Positions 47,500-57,923 of a DNA stretch of 64,000 bases are shown piece by piece (within the stretch, counting starts at the first letter, position 1; each line of letters begins with the position of its first letter). Both the position numbers and the translations under genes were made by a program. Source of the stretch: a virus. The notes beneath the pieces were generated by a model. The model ran no database searches. It was not told where the DNA came from and saw nothing but the letters and a program-made list of their open reading frames with translations. The stretch is taken from the IMG/VR virus record IMGVR_UViG_3300043449_000987, positions 36,368 through 100,367 of that record; one strand, given 5' to 3'.

Positions 47500-49098
47500 C
47501 TATTGAGATGCTCGACCCTCACCCTTTGGATTACGTCCAGAGACTGTTGCTGGTCCATCGGATTGATTGTTTGAACGTTCTGCATCTCTTGCACGATTTG
47601 CATTATCGTTTGCTGCCTGATCTGGCTTTGGTTGGAATGGCTCATCGCCACCGTCTCTTTGTGGTAAACCAAGAACTTGTCTTGCTTCATTTGGAAGCAT
47701 AACCTGTGTCTTGACATATCTTTCAAGAATCTGAGACTGTGCAATTTCGTCTGTAAGAGTAAGTTCGTTAAACTTAAAATCCAATATATCTGTTTTTTCA
47801 CGAACAATTTTGTTAATCATTTTTTCCAAATTTCTTTGTGCTGGTCTAGCGACCTGCTCTTTAAACGTTCTATCTTGTGCTAGTGCTGCTGCGATGGCAG
47901 ATGAGTCACCGCCACCAAGTTTGGAAAGCGGAACCTGATGTGCTACCAAAATGTCATCTCTGTTTGCCTTACGATATTTTTCAAACGATGCTTCTTGAAC
48001 ACCATTCTCAATTGGGTTCATATTAAACTCAACTTTATTTGTATCAGAATCTCCTGGCAAAGGGATGTAAAGCGTTCTATGGTTTTGCCCCTTCATTCCT
48101 GTTTGTAAAAATCTAAACAGTTTATCCTCTGCATCACCAGAAAGTTTTGCACCCTTTAAAGTAACGACATATCTTGGAACAGCCTTATTGCTAAAATAAT
48201 CAATATTATATTGTGATGCAAGCATATCTCCTTGTAGTGCCGTAATTGCCGAAATAATATCTGGTACTCCATAAAAAGTATTTAATGGTGAGTACTGCTT
48301 AAAATGAATAATTTCATTTGGTCTTGTATCTGAAGTTATTGGGTTAGGATTTTGTGCACCAAAATTTCTAAAATAAACAACCTTGTTTCCAATAATTTGT
48401 ACGTACCCATCTTTAACACGGCGCACACGCATTGTGGTTGCAGGAATATGTCCTACATATCCAATCTCTCCACGAGTTGTGCGACCAATTTCTAAATAAC
48501 CATTTCCGATGGCTTGTAAATCTGTATAAACTTTTTCCATTGTTGTGGTAAAAGAGTCATCGCTATTAAGGCTTTCTAGCCAATCTCTAAGTTCAATCTT
48601 TGCTCTTTCAATTCTATTTCTTGCACGACCAACAGCATCTTGATCTGCGGATGACTCCAACTTAAGCATTGTTCTTGCTGAAACTTCAAAGTCATATCCA
48701 AGCCCAACAATATTTTCTACTTTTGCATCAATTGCAGCATGGTTAGAAAAAGAAGTATCATAGTAACTTGCAAGTTCATAAACATTCCATGGTGGAGTAA
48801 TAACATCAAAGAGACCATATCCATTTCTATAGATAGTGCCTGGATTAATTTCTTTTGAATGTGCTCCATCTAATCCTGTCCGCTCAACAAGTGCTGAGTT
48901 AGCATATGCAGATGTAAGTTCGCCTTTAACTACTCGATTAGTTCTTCTTTTAAAGTTATTCTCTAGTCCGTTTAAATTTTTAAGATCGTCCCAACTTTTT
49001 ATAAAAGGGTCTTGAGATTTAAATAAATCTTCTACAACTGGAGCATTGTCTACTCTTGCTTGAATATAATAATCTTTATAATCTGCTTCTTCGCTCAT
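47500..49098 (-). CDS. Portal protein
   Basis: GNGYLEI.R, EIIHFK, YGVPD, NEARQ.LGL. Confidence 0.9.
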   Translation of the reverse strand: MSEEADYKDYYIQARVDNAPVVEDLFKSQDPFIKSWDDLKNLNGLENNFKRRTNRVVKGELTSAYANSALVERTGLDGAHSKEINPGTIYRNGYGLFDVITPPWNVYELASYYDTSFSNHAAIDAKVENIVGLGYDFEVSARTMLKLESSADQDAVGRARNRIERAKIELRDWLESLNSDDSFTTTMEKVYTDLQAIGNGYLEIGRTTRGEIGYVGHIPATTMRVRRVKDGYVQIIGNKVVYFRNFGAQNPNPITSDTRPNEIIHFKQYSPLNTFYGVPDIISAITALQGDMLASQYNIDYFSNKAVPRYVVTLKGAKLSGDAEDKLFRFLQTGMKGQNHRTLYIPLPGDSDTNKVEFNMNPIENGVQEASFEKYRKANRDDILVAHQVPLSKLGGGDSSAIAAALAQDRTFKEQVARPAQRNLEKMINKIVREKTDILDFKFNELTLTDEIAQSQILERYVKTQVMLPNEARQVLGLPQRDGGDEPFQPKPDQAANDNANRARDAERSNNQSDGPATVSGRNPKGEGRASQ

Positions 49099-49484
49099 TA
49101 GTCTTCACTTCCATATTTAGCGATTGTATCTTTTGCAGCCTGTACTGCACCCAAGTCATTCATGGATGGAATCAATCCATTCTTCATTCTATCCATTTGC
49201 TCTGAATACTCTTCATCAGAAATTCTTGTAAGCCCTGGAACAAACACTGCTTCTCCGTCACCTGGATCACCAAAATGCTTGGCTGCAAGTTTTAATTTTG
49301 CAATTTGATTAATGTCTCCTTTTTCAGAAGGAATGTTTAAAACAGAGCCGTGCCCGTCTGTAAACCATTTACCATTTGACTTTTTGTATACGTAAAGACC
49401 CCAATCATACATTTTATCAATGACTTGACGTCTAACATTATTTACAATTGGCTTACCAGTTTCAGGGTTAATTAATGAATCCAT
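49098..49484 (-). CDS. Conserved hypothetical protein upstream of the portal (leaderless start MDSL)
   Basis: ATG 7 nt after TGGTATACT (49492-49500). Confidence 0.6.
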   Translation of the reverse strand: MDSLINPETGKPIVNNVRRQVIDKMYDWGLYVYKKSNGKWFTDGHGSVLNIPSEKGDINQIAKLKLAAKHFGDPGDGEAVFVPGLTRISDEEYSEQMDRMKNGLIPSMNDLGAVQAAKDTIAKYGSED

Positions 49485-49502
49485 AACCATTAGTATACCA
49501 TA

Positions 49503-52500
49503 CTATACTGCATTTACAGTTCTACTTTGCCAAGAAACATCGGAGTAAACATTATACTCGTAGGATCCAAACGATAAAACCTTTGGATTAGCCTCTAGGG
49601 CATTATAGTCATCAACAATAATCTTGTTTGTTCCTGTGTATGACTTATAAATATCTGATGGTTTTACACCATAATAACTGGTTGATGATAGAACAAGAAC
49701 ACCATTCCAGATGTATGAGGAATTCCAGTACTGCCAGTCTAATTCAACTGGGCCAGAAAACCTAACCTTAAACCATGGTCGTTTTGTAACAGTTTGAACC
49801 TCTTGAAGATTTGTAGACTGATAATGAGAAATTAAATTAGTTAAAATTGGACCATTAATTTTAAATGATCCTAGATAGTTATTAAAGTTTAGGACATTAG
49901 AAAAGGAAATACCTATAAATGCCCATTGACGAGTTGTAATAACTGGCTCTCTAACAATATTACCATTTAAATAAAAAGTAATACCATTTTCAATCCTACC
50001 AGTATTAGCATTAATTGCATATATTCTTGCACGATCACCCGTTGGACTATTAGCCTCCATAAAAAACTTTAATAAAGATCCCTTGCTATCTACCTCAAAA
50101 ATTTGTGTTGCTGCAAATGGAAATAAATCTTGATCGTATCTAACTGCCACCTGCATTGCCATTACTTGATAATTTGAAGCAAGTCCAGAATTAATAGGAA
50201 TTGCAACACCACGATTAATTAGTGGGTCATACGTTCCCTTTACTTGTATTCCGCTATATCGTGTTAAATATAAATAAGGACTACTTCCCTTGTATATAGA
50301 ATATGGGTTTGGATTTTTGTAATCGTAGTAAAAACCATTTTTACGATATGGATACATTGGTACACCAAAACGAGTTCCAATTTCTGTAATTGAAGATTCG
50401 TTTAGTGATTGAGAAGCCAACTGTAATTTTTTAATTTTTACAGAGTTACGCAAAATTCCTTTTACACTAAAATCTAAATGTACAACAAGAGACAGATCAT
50501 TGAAGTCTGCACCTGACGGTGGATACAAAATCATATTATCAACAACTTCGTACTTTGAAGTAATCCAGTCAGAACCTGGTTCTACAATTCCTCCAGATCG
50601 TGCTGGATATGTTGTATTAAAATAATTACTTCTTGCATTTGCACCAGTCGATGTATATTGAAAAGAAATATAAGATCTTACAACAGATTTAGATGTGTCA
50701 TAATAATAAATCTTGTCTGCCCTATTTTGTAAATCAACATAATCTTGATATCCAGTATATAATTCATTATCTAGAGAAGAATAGTCTCGTTGTATTGGGT
50801 TTCCATATTCCGCCTGTAACTGTGAATATGTCCAAGAAGAATTAATTGATCGCTCTTCAAAGTTAGACGGTGCTGGATAGTTTAAATTAAACTGAATAAA
50901 ATCTAAATCATATTTTTGATTTCCACTTTTATCCTGAATGTATTTTGCAAAATATGTAAGTGGTAAGTTATCTTCCCAATATCCACTCACATTAATATCA
51001 AGCCCAAAATTATCAAAATATTCATATGGGACTAAAGTATAACTTGCAACGTGGTCCTTAATTCTTCTAGTTAGTTCATATCTCCAGTCTTCCCAATCTC
51101 CACCATCAAGAGTTTGCTCAACATAGTGCATATATAATCCTGCGTCAAACTCTACGCCCTGAGTATACGCATCAAACACGTTTTCATACTCTACTGGAAC
51201 TCCATAAGAGTTAAACAGTTCTGAAATTAAAGAAAAGTTTCTTTCATTACAAAGACCAACATTATAAATTTTTCCAAGAAATGTCTGTGTCATATTTCTG
51301 GTTCCAGCAACATACATTTTTAACGCAGTCTTATTTCCTAAAAATGCAAGAGCATCTCCTCCAGCATAAAGAGCAAAGTCTTGAAAATTCATTCCGACTG
51401 AAAAAATTTCTCCAACACCAATTCCATAAGAAGTGTATACATTTTTAAATTCATTATTATACAAAAGGTTATATTCAATATCTGAGTTTACAATATCAAT
51501 TGAAAAATAATTACCGTTGTTTTGATCTTCTAATCTCAATAATGTTTGTCTTGATGAACTTAAAGAAGTAATCTTAAACGTTCCATAAAAAGCAACTGTT
51601 TGATCATTAATTTGGTTTGTATCATTAAAAAATAAATACCCATTTTCATTTGACCAAGAACTATTTGGTCGCAAAGTTATAAACAAATCATCTTCACTTT
51701 GAACTGCCTTACAATCAGCATACAGGTCTTCTTTTGTTTTTGATTGCAACACAATTTCTGGCAAAGCATAGTTTGGTGTAGATAAAATATTATTCTGTAT
51801 ATAAAGGTTGTCAACAAGACCTTGATCCCATTTTCCTAAATCTGGATAGTTATAATTATTTGTATAGTTTGCAAACGGATAATCAATTACAGCAGATGTT
51901 CCACTATAAGCACTATTAATATTTTCTGGTAATTCAACTCCCTGACCATATACAAAACGTTTTTTTGCAACAAGAGATGGAACGCTATATGTGTATATAG
52001 CAACACAGTCGACTTCTATTGGTGATGCATCAACATAGGAATAAAACCCAAGCCAATCTTGATTTTTACTGTTTTCATATTCTAATGGAAATGATAGATT
52101 GTCTGTAATAAAACTTAATGAGATTACTTGATCTCCATTAATTAATAAACTTGCAGAATCTTTTGTAATTCTAATGTGAACAAGCATAGGTCTAGTCCAC
52201 TCACCAACATAATGAGACCCTACATTATTATCAATTTTTAATACCAAAAATGGTCCATCAACATATAGACCGTCAGTAGATCCTATCGGTCCAAATATTC
52301 TTTTTGGTTCTGTTGTACTGGCATTAATTCTTAGCCACATCTCACATGTATACTCATTATACTTTCCAACATCATTTAAAAATCCATGTCCAGGCAAAAT
52401 TAAAGATGGGTAGTTATTATCATTTGGGACCATAACAGTAACATTAGATGAACCATAAACCATAGGAACTCCAGAATTTTTTGAAGATAGAGATGATTCA

Positions 52501-53210
52501 TCTAAAATATAATAACCAGTGCTTTCTAAAAGACCATAGGCTTTTGCTTCAATACCGTATAGTGTTGGCAAATTAATTGTAGACGGAATTTGTACTGGTT
52601 GAATTCCCAAAGAAACTGCATTAAACTCTTCAGACCACTGACCAACAGTAACTCCATTAATAAGAAAGTGATAATCATTTTGATTTTCAGAAGCGTTGAG
52701 ATAAGAGATAGCAATTACAGCCCTCATAGTGGTGTTATCTTGTGGTACTGAAAAAGTTTCAGACACAAAAGTCCATGCGTCATATACTGATGTATTAAAG
52801 TTTTTTAAATTACGAACTACTTCTCCAGTTGTTACATCATTGTACTCATACCCAATCTGAATGCTTGCAATATATGGAGAAAGGGAATATATATATGTTC
52901 CAACCGCAAAGGTTCCATATTCACGATTAAGAGTATTAAAATTAACTAAATCATCGCTCACACAAATAACTGTATTTAATTCTTCTGTTGGAATATCTCC
53001 AATTATTTTTGATGTTGGGGCGTTAATAAATGGTTCGTCCAATACTGAGGGAAAATTAATTACTGTGCCGTTTTTAATGTCCCAAGTAGTAAGATCTCTT
53101 TGCTGATTGGTTATTAAAGAAATGTAGTCTGCTTTATCATCTAAAGCCCACAAAACCGTTGGGTGTTCAGAAAACACCTTTTCTGCATATAGGTTTGATG
53201 GGCTAGACAT
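49503..53210 (-). CDS. Large virion protein with LamG/concanavalin-like domains, 1235 aa
   Basis: Y...V..E.P...W.LD N-terminus, YTCEMW, L.ING, D.VAIY. Confidence 0.6.
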   Translation of the reverse strand: MSSPSNLYAEKVFSEHPTVLWALDDKADYISLITNQQRDLTTWDIKNGTVINFPSVLDEPFINAPTSKIIGDIPTEELNTVICVSDDLVNFNTLNREYGTFAVGTYIYSLSPYIASIQIGYEYNDVTTGEVVRNLKNFNTSVYDAWTFVSETFSVPQDNTTMRAVIAISYLNASENQNDYHFLINGVTVGQWSEEFNAVSLGIQPVQIPSTINLPTLYGIEAKAYGLLESTGYYILDESSLSSKNSGVPMVYGSSNVTVMVPNDNNYPSLILPGHGFLNDVGKYNEYTCEMWLRINASTTEPKRIFGPIGSTDGLYVDGPFLVLKIDNNVGSHYVGEWTRPMLVHIRITKDSASLLINGDQVISLSFITDNLSFPLEYENSKNQDWLGFYSYVDASPIEVDCVAIYTYSVPSLVAKKRFVYGQGVELPENINSAYSGTSAVIDYPFANYTNNYNYPDLGKWDQGLVDNLYIQNNILSTPNYALPEIVLQSKTKEDLYADCKAVQSEDDLFITLRPNSSWSNENGYLFFNDTNQINDQTVAFYGTFKITSLSSSRQTLLRLEDQNNGNYFSIDIVNSDIEYNLLYNNEFKNVYTSYGIGVGEIFSVGMNFQDFALYAGGDALAFLGNKTALKMYVAGTRNMTQTFLGKIYNVGLCNERNFSLISELFNSYGVPVEYENVFDAYTQGVEFDAGLYMHYVEQTLDGGDWEDWRYELTRRIKDHVASYTLVPYEYFDNFGLDINVSGYWEDNLPLTYFAKYIQDKSGNQKYDLDFIQFNLNYPAPSNFEERSINSSWTYSQLQAEYGNPIQRDYSSLDNELYTGYQDYVDLQNRADKIYYYDTSKSVVRSYISFQYTSTGANARSNYFNTTYPARSGGIVEPGSDWITSKYEVVDNMILYPPSGADFNDLSLVVHLDFSVKGILRNSVKIKKLQLASQSLNESSITEIGTRFGVPMYPYRKNGFYYDYKNPNPYSIYKGSSPYLYLTRYSGIQVKGTYDPLINRGVAIPINSGLASNYQVMAMQVAVRYDQDLFPFAATQIFEVDSKGSLLKFFMEANSPTGDRARIYAINANTGRIENGITFYLNGNIVREPVITTRQWAFIGISFSNVLNFNNYLGSFKINGPILTNLISHYQSTNLQEVQTVTKRPWFKVRFSGPVELDWQYWNSSYIWNGVLVLSSTSYYGVKPSDIYKSYTGTNKIIVDDYNALEANPKVLSFGSYEYNVYSDVSWQSRTVNAV

Positions 53211-53225
53211 AATAAGTCTATTTTA

Positions 53226-53735
53226 TCACACTATGCGTGTGAACCAGCGTGGTATTGTGTATCTAGTTCCATTAAGAATAGGCTTAACACCATGAACAAA
53301 ATCTGGTGTATCTGGAAAACAAACCAAATCTCCTGCTCCTGGTTTAAAGTTTATATTATGATCTGGAAAATATATTTCTCCGCCTTCATAATCCGTATTT
53401 ATATAAATGAGAGTAGCAATATCATTTGGCTTTGTAGAGTCAAAATGCTCATGCATCCCAAACCCCTCCTGAAATCTTGCAATGTGTGTTTTTGTTTTAT
53501 CATAGTCGGAAAATGGTCCAGGATAGTTATCTCTAACAAACTTTAAAACATCTACTCCGTAATCATTAATTAAATCAGCGACTTCATCACTATTAAATGA
53601 GGCATGAAATGTAAATTCTTTTTCTCCATTACCATACTCAAGAAACTCATCATCATATTTTTTTGCATAACTAGTAATCGTTTCTGCATGTTCAACTGAC
53701 ATAAACCCTGGAATTATTTTGATTAAATCACTCAT
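53226..53735 (-). CDS. Prolyl-4-hydroxylase-like 2OG-Fe(II) oxygenase (start revised to MSDLI)
   Basis: HFD, YIN.DYEGGE..F, HGV, GTRY. Confidence 0.85.
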   Translation of the reverse strand: MSDLIKIIPGFMSVEHAETITSYAKKYDDEFLEYGNGEKEFTFHASFNSDEVADLINDYGVDVLKFVRDNYPGPFSDYDKTKTHIARFQEGFGMHEHFDSTKPNDIATLIYINTDYEGGEIYFPDHNINFKPGAGDLVCFPDTPDFVHGVKPILNGTRYTIPRWFTRIV

Positions 53736-54333
53736 AGAATCCTTTAATTTCCCAATCATCCCAAGATGTCTCTTCATAAGATGTTCTATTTGGCATAAAG
53801 TGCTGTCCCTTTTTACCCATCCATGCTTCTGACAAAAATAGAAACCCTGAAGTTATCTCAGAAAGTCCGTGAAGGTTGTCTTTATTATCTTTAAAGTAAA
53901 TAAGATCTCCAGGATTTGGCTTAAAGGTTTTGCCTAATTTTGAAAAAACAAACTCTCCACCCTCGTCAGCATTTTTCCATACGATATAAGATACATAGGT
54001 TCCCTCTGGCTTTGAGTCTTCGTTATGATGCTGTGGCTCAGATGTTCCTGGTCTATATCTTAAAATGTAATGCTTTGAAAACATTGGAGGATGATACTCT
54101 GATTCATTTTCAGACTGAACTAATTCGTAGTACCCCTTTGAATATTTAGAAAAGATTTCTAAGATGTGGTCTGGCATTTCTCCACGAGTATGAATATCAA
54201 ATGGTGCTCCACCATTGTACAAGTCATCGTGTAGTGGCACGTGCTCTTCTTTTGTATGAAAAGCAATAGTGTCGATGTAGTCTTGAACAATTTTTAAATC
54301 TTCTGTGGAAATAAAGTTATTTACAATTTTCAT
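53728..54333 (-). CDS. P4H-like 2OG-Fe(II) oxygenase with atypical residues
   Basis: HNE (HxE), EGGE.VF, PGDL, HGL; no Arg at the usual GxRY site. Confidence 0.7.
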   Translation of the reverse strand: MKIVNNFISTEDLKIVQDYIDTIAFHTKEEHVPLHDDLYNGGAPFDIHTRGEMPDHILEIFSKYSKGYYELVQSENESEYHPPMFSKHYILRYRPGTSEPQHHNEDSKPEGTYVSYIVWKNADEGGEFVFSKLGKTFKPNPGDLIYFKDNKDNLHGLSEITSGFLFLSEAWMGKKGQHFMPNRTSYEETSWDDWEIKGFYE

Positions 54334-56363
54334 TACTTTACCTTAATTTCACAGTAGTCTGTTGTGCAATATGCCTCACCCTGAGCCTCAAGATTATCTA
54401 CACCATCGTAGATTGCCCCAAAGTCAATGTGCTTCAACTTGCCAACATATGACTCATACTCTTCTTCAGTAATTTGAGTATATGGCTGTTGTGGATAAAC
54501 AGTATTCCCCATTGGTAGAAATGAAACTGCCTTTAATTGTCCCTCGTACATATGTAATGCTGGAACAACATGCTTTGACTCTGTTTCCTTGTCAAATGAA
54601 AGAGTTACAGAAACACCGTTATCTGACCAGTACTTTTGAGCAGTTGCAGCAAGTGCAATCTTTTCAAACAATGTGACATCCTTTTCAGACCTTGGATGAC
54701 CTGACTTGATTGGAAAGTATACAACTGATGTATTTGCTGACACTACGTCATCTTCAATTGTGTACCCTGCTGCTTTGAATAGATGCATCATTGGATCTGT
54801 GTTTCCAAATCGAACTGCACGAAGGAAGAAGTTTCCTCCAGGTCCCCAGTGAACTCCAGGAGTTGCACCAGAAAGAATTGATACAGATCCTGATGGCTTA
54901 ACTGTTGTTACACGAATTGATTCACGAACACATAGCCATTCTGAATAGGAATGGTCATACTTGCGAATTGTAGTATAGCCCTCATCCATCCACTCACGAA
55001 CTGTTGGCAAGCCCTTTTGGTCTGCAAATGATGCAATGCCAGTAAGTGATGTACCAATGCGACGATTGCGTTGCATAATTCCATTTGTCTGCTGCCAGTG
55101 TGTTGGAACAAGGGTTACAGTCTTTCCATATAAATATGCAAACTTCAGGGTACGCAGGAAGTCCTCCTTAGACTCATGACGATTTAAGTGCACCTCTACA
55201 AGTGTACATAATTCGTATGACTCCAATGGCTGCTCCGCACATGGGTTAAAGCCCATCACACGATAGTCTTTACCGTCTGGCGCATCCTTTAGTCTGCCAT
55301 AATTACGAGCAACGTCAAGCCAGATAAAACCTGGTTCTCCGTTTTCTGTAATTAAATCTACATAATCTTCATATTTTGTTCCTACCTCTGCTGAGATAGA
55401 GTTATTAGACATCCAGGCCCATCCTGGGTTTTCTGGATCAAACGAGTTGCGCTCTGGAAACACATCTGAGTTTTTTAAGTTCATAAATGTTTCATCTCCC
55501 TCACTACCTAAAGCAAGAGTTGCAGAACGTCTAACATTTCCTGATACCACACAAGTACCAATTAGGTTTACTAAGTCTACAATAGCACGAGAGTCCAGCG
55601 TTTCACCTGCTCTGGAGCCGATTACACGGTCAATCTGCTCATGTAACTTAATAAGTGGTGCTGGTCCAGATGCAACCCCACCAAAGCCCTTAATGGGCGC
55701 TCCCAATGGTCTAATTAAATCATAATTAAATTTTTGAATACTTTGATTTGCTCGTAGATAAGAGTTAATTAAAAGTCTAACCGACTCTACCCAGCCTTCA
55801 CGAGTGTCTGGAATTTCAAAGATCTCTTCTGGCTCAGTTGGCGCATAGATTGGAAAATTCTTATCCTGTCCAACAGTATCAAAACCTACACCAATTCCAA
55901 GCATCAATGCATCCATTACCCAAGCAAACAAGGCTCCTGGATCATTTTTATCAAGGTCTTTTGTTGAAACCATTGCACAGTTTTGTAATGCTGCTGAGTT
56001 CTTCTTCTCCATAGTCATAGGAGTTCCAAACGCCCACATGCCACGACCTGGTGGTGTCCACTTTAATTCGAACATTCTTTGGAATGCTTCTTGTGCTGAC
56101 TTCTGAGCCTTGTAGTCATTCCATGGCAAACGGTTTTCCTTAGCATGATTCTTTTGTACTGAATACATACCCTCGATTACTCGACGGCAAACTTCATGCC
56201 AACGCTCTTTAGTACCGTCTTCCTTCATTCGAGAATAAGTACGAATAAAAGTAATTTCTCCAAGTGAGTTTTCTGCTGCATCTTTAAATCCAAATGGGCT
56301 TTCTACATTTTTATACTTTTCTACAAAATCTTCTGGAAGCCTAAAACTAAAAAAATCTGACAT
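54333..56363 (-). CDS. nrdJ: Class II (adenosylcobalamin) ribonucleotide reductase, monomeric RTPR type
   Basis: PPGRG.W, NCA, GNVRRSA, NPCAE, TVKPSG, C-terminal CTTDYC. Confidence 0.93.
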   Translation of the reverse strand: MSDFFSFRLPEDFVEKYKNVESPFGFKDAAENSLGEITFIRTYSRMKEDGTKERWHEVCRRVIEGMYSVQKNHAKENRLPWNDYKAQKSAQEAFQRMFELKWTPPGRGMWAFGTPMTMEKKNSAALQNCAMVSTKDLDKNDPGALFAWVMDALMLGIGVGFDTVGQDKNFPIYAPTEPEEIFEIPDTREGWVESVRLLINSYLRANQSIQKFNYDLIRPLGAPIKGFGGVASGPAPLIKLHEQIDRVIGSRAGETLDSRAIVDLVNLIGTCVVSGNVRRSATLALGSEGDETFMNLKNSDVFPERNSFDPENPGWAWMSNNSISAEVGTKYEDYVDLITENGEPGFIWLDVARNYGRLKDAPDGKDYRVMGFNPCAEQPLESYELCTLVEVHLNRHESKEDFLRTLKFAYLYGKTVTLVPTHWQQTNGIMQRNRRIGTSLTGIASFADQKGLPTVREWMDEGYTTIRKYDHSYSEWLCVRESIRVTTVKPSGSVSILSGATPGVHWGPGGNFFLRAVRFGNTDPMMHLFKAAGYTIEDDVVSANTSVVYFPIKSGHPRSEKDVTLFEKIALAATAQKYWSDNGVSVTLSFDKETESKHVVPALHMYEGQLKAVSFLPMGNTVYPQQPYTQITEEEYESYVGKLKHIDFGAIYDGVDNLEAQGEAYCTTDYCEIKVK

Positions 56364-56396
56364 GTGTATCGTCCTTTCAAAAACGTGATGAAGTTA

Positions 56397-56405
56397 ATTA
56401 TAACA
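56397..56405 (-). promoter_or_regulatory. Extended -10 TGTTATAAT for nrdJ
   Basis: Intergenic, followed by a GAAAGGA SD. Confidence 0.7.
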
Positions 56406-56450
56406 GAGTTTTCTTAAAAGTAAAACTCTACCTAAATGTTTACTTTAGAG

Positions 56451-56597
56451 TTATGAAAAACTCATACCTCTAGTATGGTTTTTTGGAAAACATCTTTCAC
56501 AAACTGTATAAGAAAATCCAGTATATGGACATCCTACTGTTTTTTCTTTATGACCGAATATAAAACAAATTGTTTTTTTAATCAAAGTGGTATCCAT
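56451..56597 (-). CDS. Unlisted 48-aa DUF1660-like zinc-binding protein (…CFIFGHK…CPYT…CERC…)
   Basis: Open frame overlapping the upstream stop; C..FGH and CxxC signature. Confidence 0.6.
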   Translation of the reverse strand: MDTTLIKKTICFIFGHKEKTVGCPYTGFSYTVCERCFPKNHTRGMSFS

Positions 56598-57226
56598 ATG
56601 TTTTCATTTACCCCACTTGCTTTTGGTGCAATGTCGTAAGCAATAGTAATACGTGGTTTATCTTCAAACCAATCATCTCGTCCATGTGGATGTCCAGTTT
56701 CTGAAATAATTGCACGATTATTTTTATTATGATTTTCAAACAAATCTGTTCCATAAATTTCATAATAAGTAATTGATGGCTCAGCATTTACACAATAATA
56801 GCCATGAAATACTGGTGCACCTTCTCCACCCATATGATCATGCATAAAGCGTTTATTCTTAACTGGGTTTACTCCAGACCCACCCTCTGTTTTAGGGTCA
56901 TAGTTATACCAGCCATGGATCATATAGGACTTATCATCAAAGGACATATTGTAATACTCACACGCTTCTTTGGTTGCCTCTCTAAGGGCATCCTGAAGGC
57001 TTTTAATGCCTATATGATCAAAGTTAAAGACATTATATTCCATTCCAAGTTGTGTGGTTACACCATTTTTCTTATTAAATGCAGCCAATCTGGATGGCTC
57101 AATATTAAATAGTTTTCCTTCAAGCATTAAGTCTTGTTGCAATTCTAGATAATTGTACAAATCATCAAGATCTGTATTTAAAAATCTTTCAAAAAATTTA
57201 TGTGGTGGCTTTGTCATTGCAATCAT
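56582..57226 (-). CDS. 2OG-Fe(II) oxygenase-like (TIGR02466/2OG-FeII_Oxy_5-like), paralog of 57223..57885
   Basis: GWYN, HDH, FHGYYCV, GHPH, RITIAYD; ATGA overlap at 57223-57226. Confidence 0.7.
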   Translation of the reverse strand: MIAMTKPPHKFFERFLNTDLDDLYNYLELQQDLMLEGKLFNIEPSRLAAFNKKNGVTTQLGMEYNVFNFDHIGIKSLQDALREATKEACEYYNMSFDDKSYMIHGWYNYDPKTEGGSGVNPVKNKRFMHDHMGGEGAPVFHGYYCVNAEPSITYYEIYGTDLFENHNKNNRAIISETGHPHGRDDWFEDKPRITIAYDIAPKASGVNENIWIPL

Positions 57227-57885
57227 GCTAGAGGTATCCAATGCTGTTCTTGATCCATTGCAAATCTTTGAAGATCTCTTAATGGTATAACGTCATAGGC
57301 AATAGTAATTCTTGGACCATCCCAATCCCAGTCTGCCTGTGCATGTGGATGCCCCATCTCAGACAAAACTGCACGATTATTAATGTTTTGATTCTCTACT
57401 TCATTATCAAATACTTTGTAGTGTGTTACAGATGGTTCAGCGCTTACACAGTAATAACCATGAAAATTTGGAGCGCCAGTTGGACCATGATCGTGCCAAT
57501 CTAGTTTTCCCTTTTTAGTGTAATTAATATTAAACCATCCCTGTAGCATAAACTTTTCTTTTTCAAAGTCAAGGTCGTAGTAGGAGCATGCCTCTTGTGT
57601 CATTTCTTTTACTGCCTTATATAAATTATATATTCCTATTGAGTGGAACTGAAAAACATTGTATTGGCGCCATTTCATAGTAGAAACACTGTTTGATTCT
57701 TTCCATAAATCTTTGTCTGTAACTGGTGTTACACCAGTAATTTTTGCCTGCTCAATTTTTTCATATCTATTTTGTAATTCTGAAGATAAGATCAACAGGT
57801 TGTTGTCTAGATTTCTTTCAAAGAATTTGTGTGGCTGAGGCGACTTGCTAACACTTTTCATGCTTGTGTTATACTTGCTTTCCAT
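57223..57885 (-). CDS. 2OG-Fe(II) oxygenase-like, paralog of 56582..57226
   Basis: GWFN, HDH, FHGYYCV, GHPH, RITIAYD; promoter TGCTATAAT at 57908-57916. Confidence 0.7.
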   Translation of the reverse strand: MESKYNTSMKSVSKSPQPHKFFERNLDNNLLILSSELQNRYEKIEQAKITGVTPVTDKDLWKESNSVSTMKWRQYNVFQFHSIGIYNLYKAVKEMTQEACSYYDLDFEKEKFMLQGWFNINYTKKGKLDWHDHGPTGAPNFHGYYCVSAEPSVTHYKVFDNEVENQNINNRAVLSEMGHPHAQADWDWDGPRITIAYDVIPLRDLQRFAMDQEQHWIPLA

Positions 57886-57923
57886 TTTTGCTCCATTCGT
57901 TTTTATTATTATAGCACAAAAAA

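Noticed and set aside
56364-56450. Cobalamin riboswitch upstream of nrdJ
   Set aside because: The leader after the -10 box is only about 30 nt and no B12-box is recognisable.
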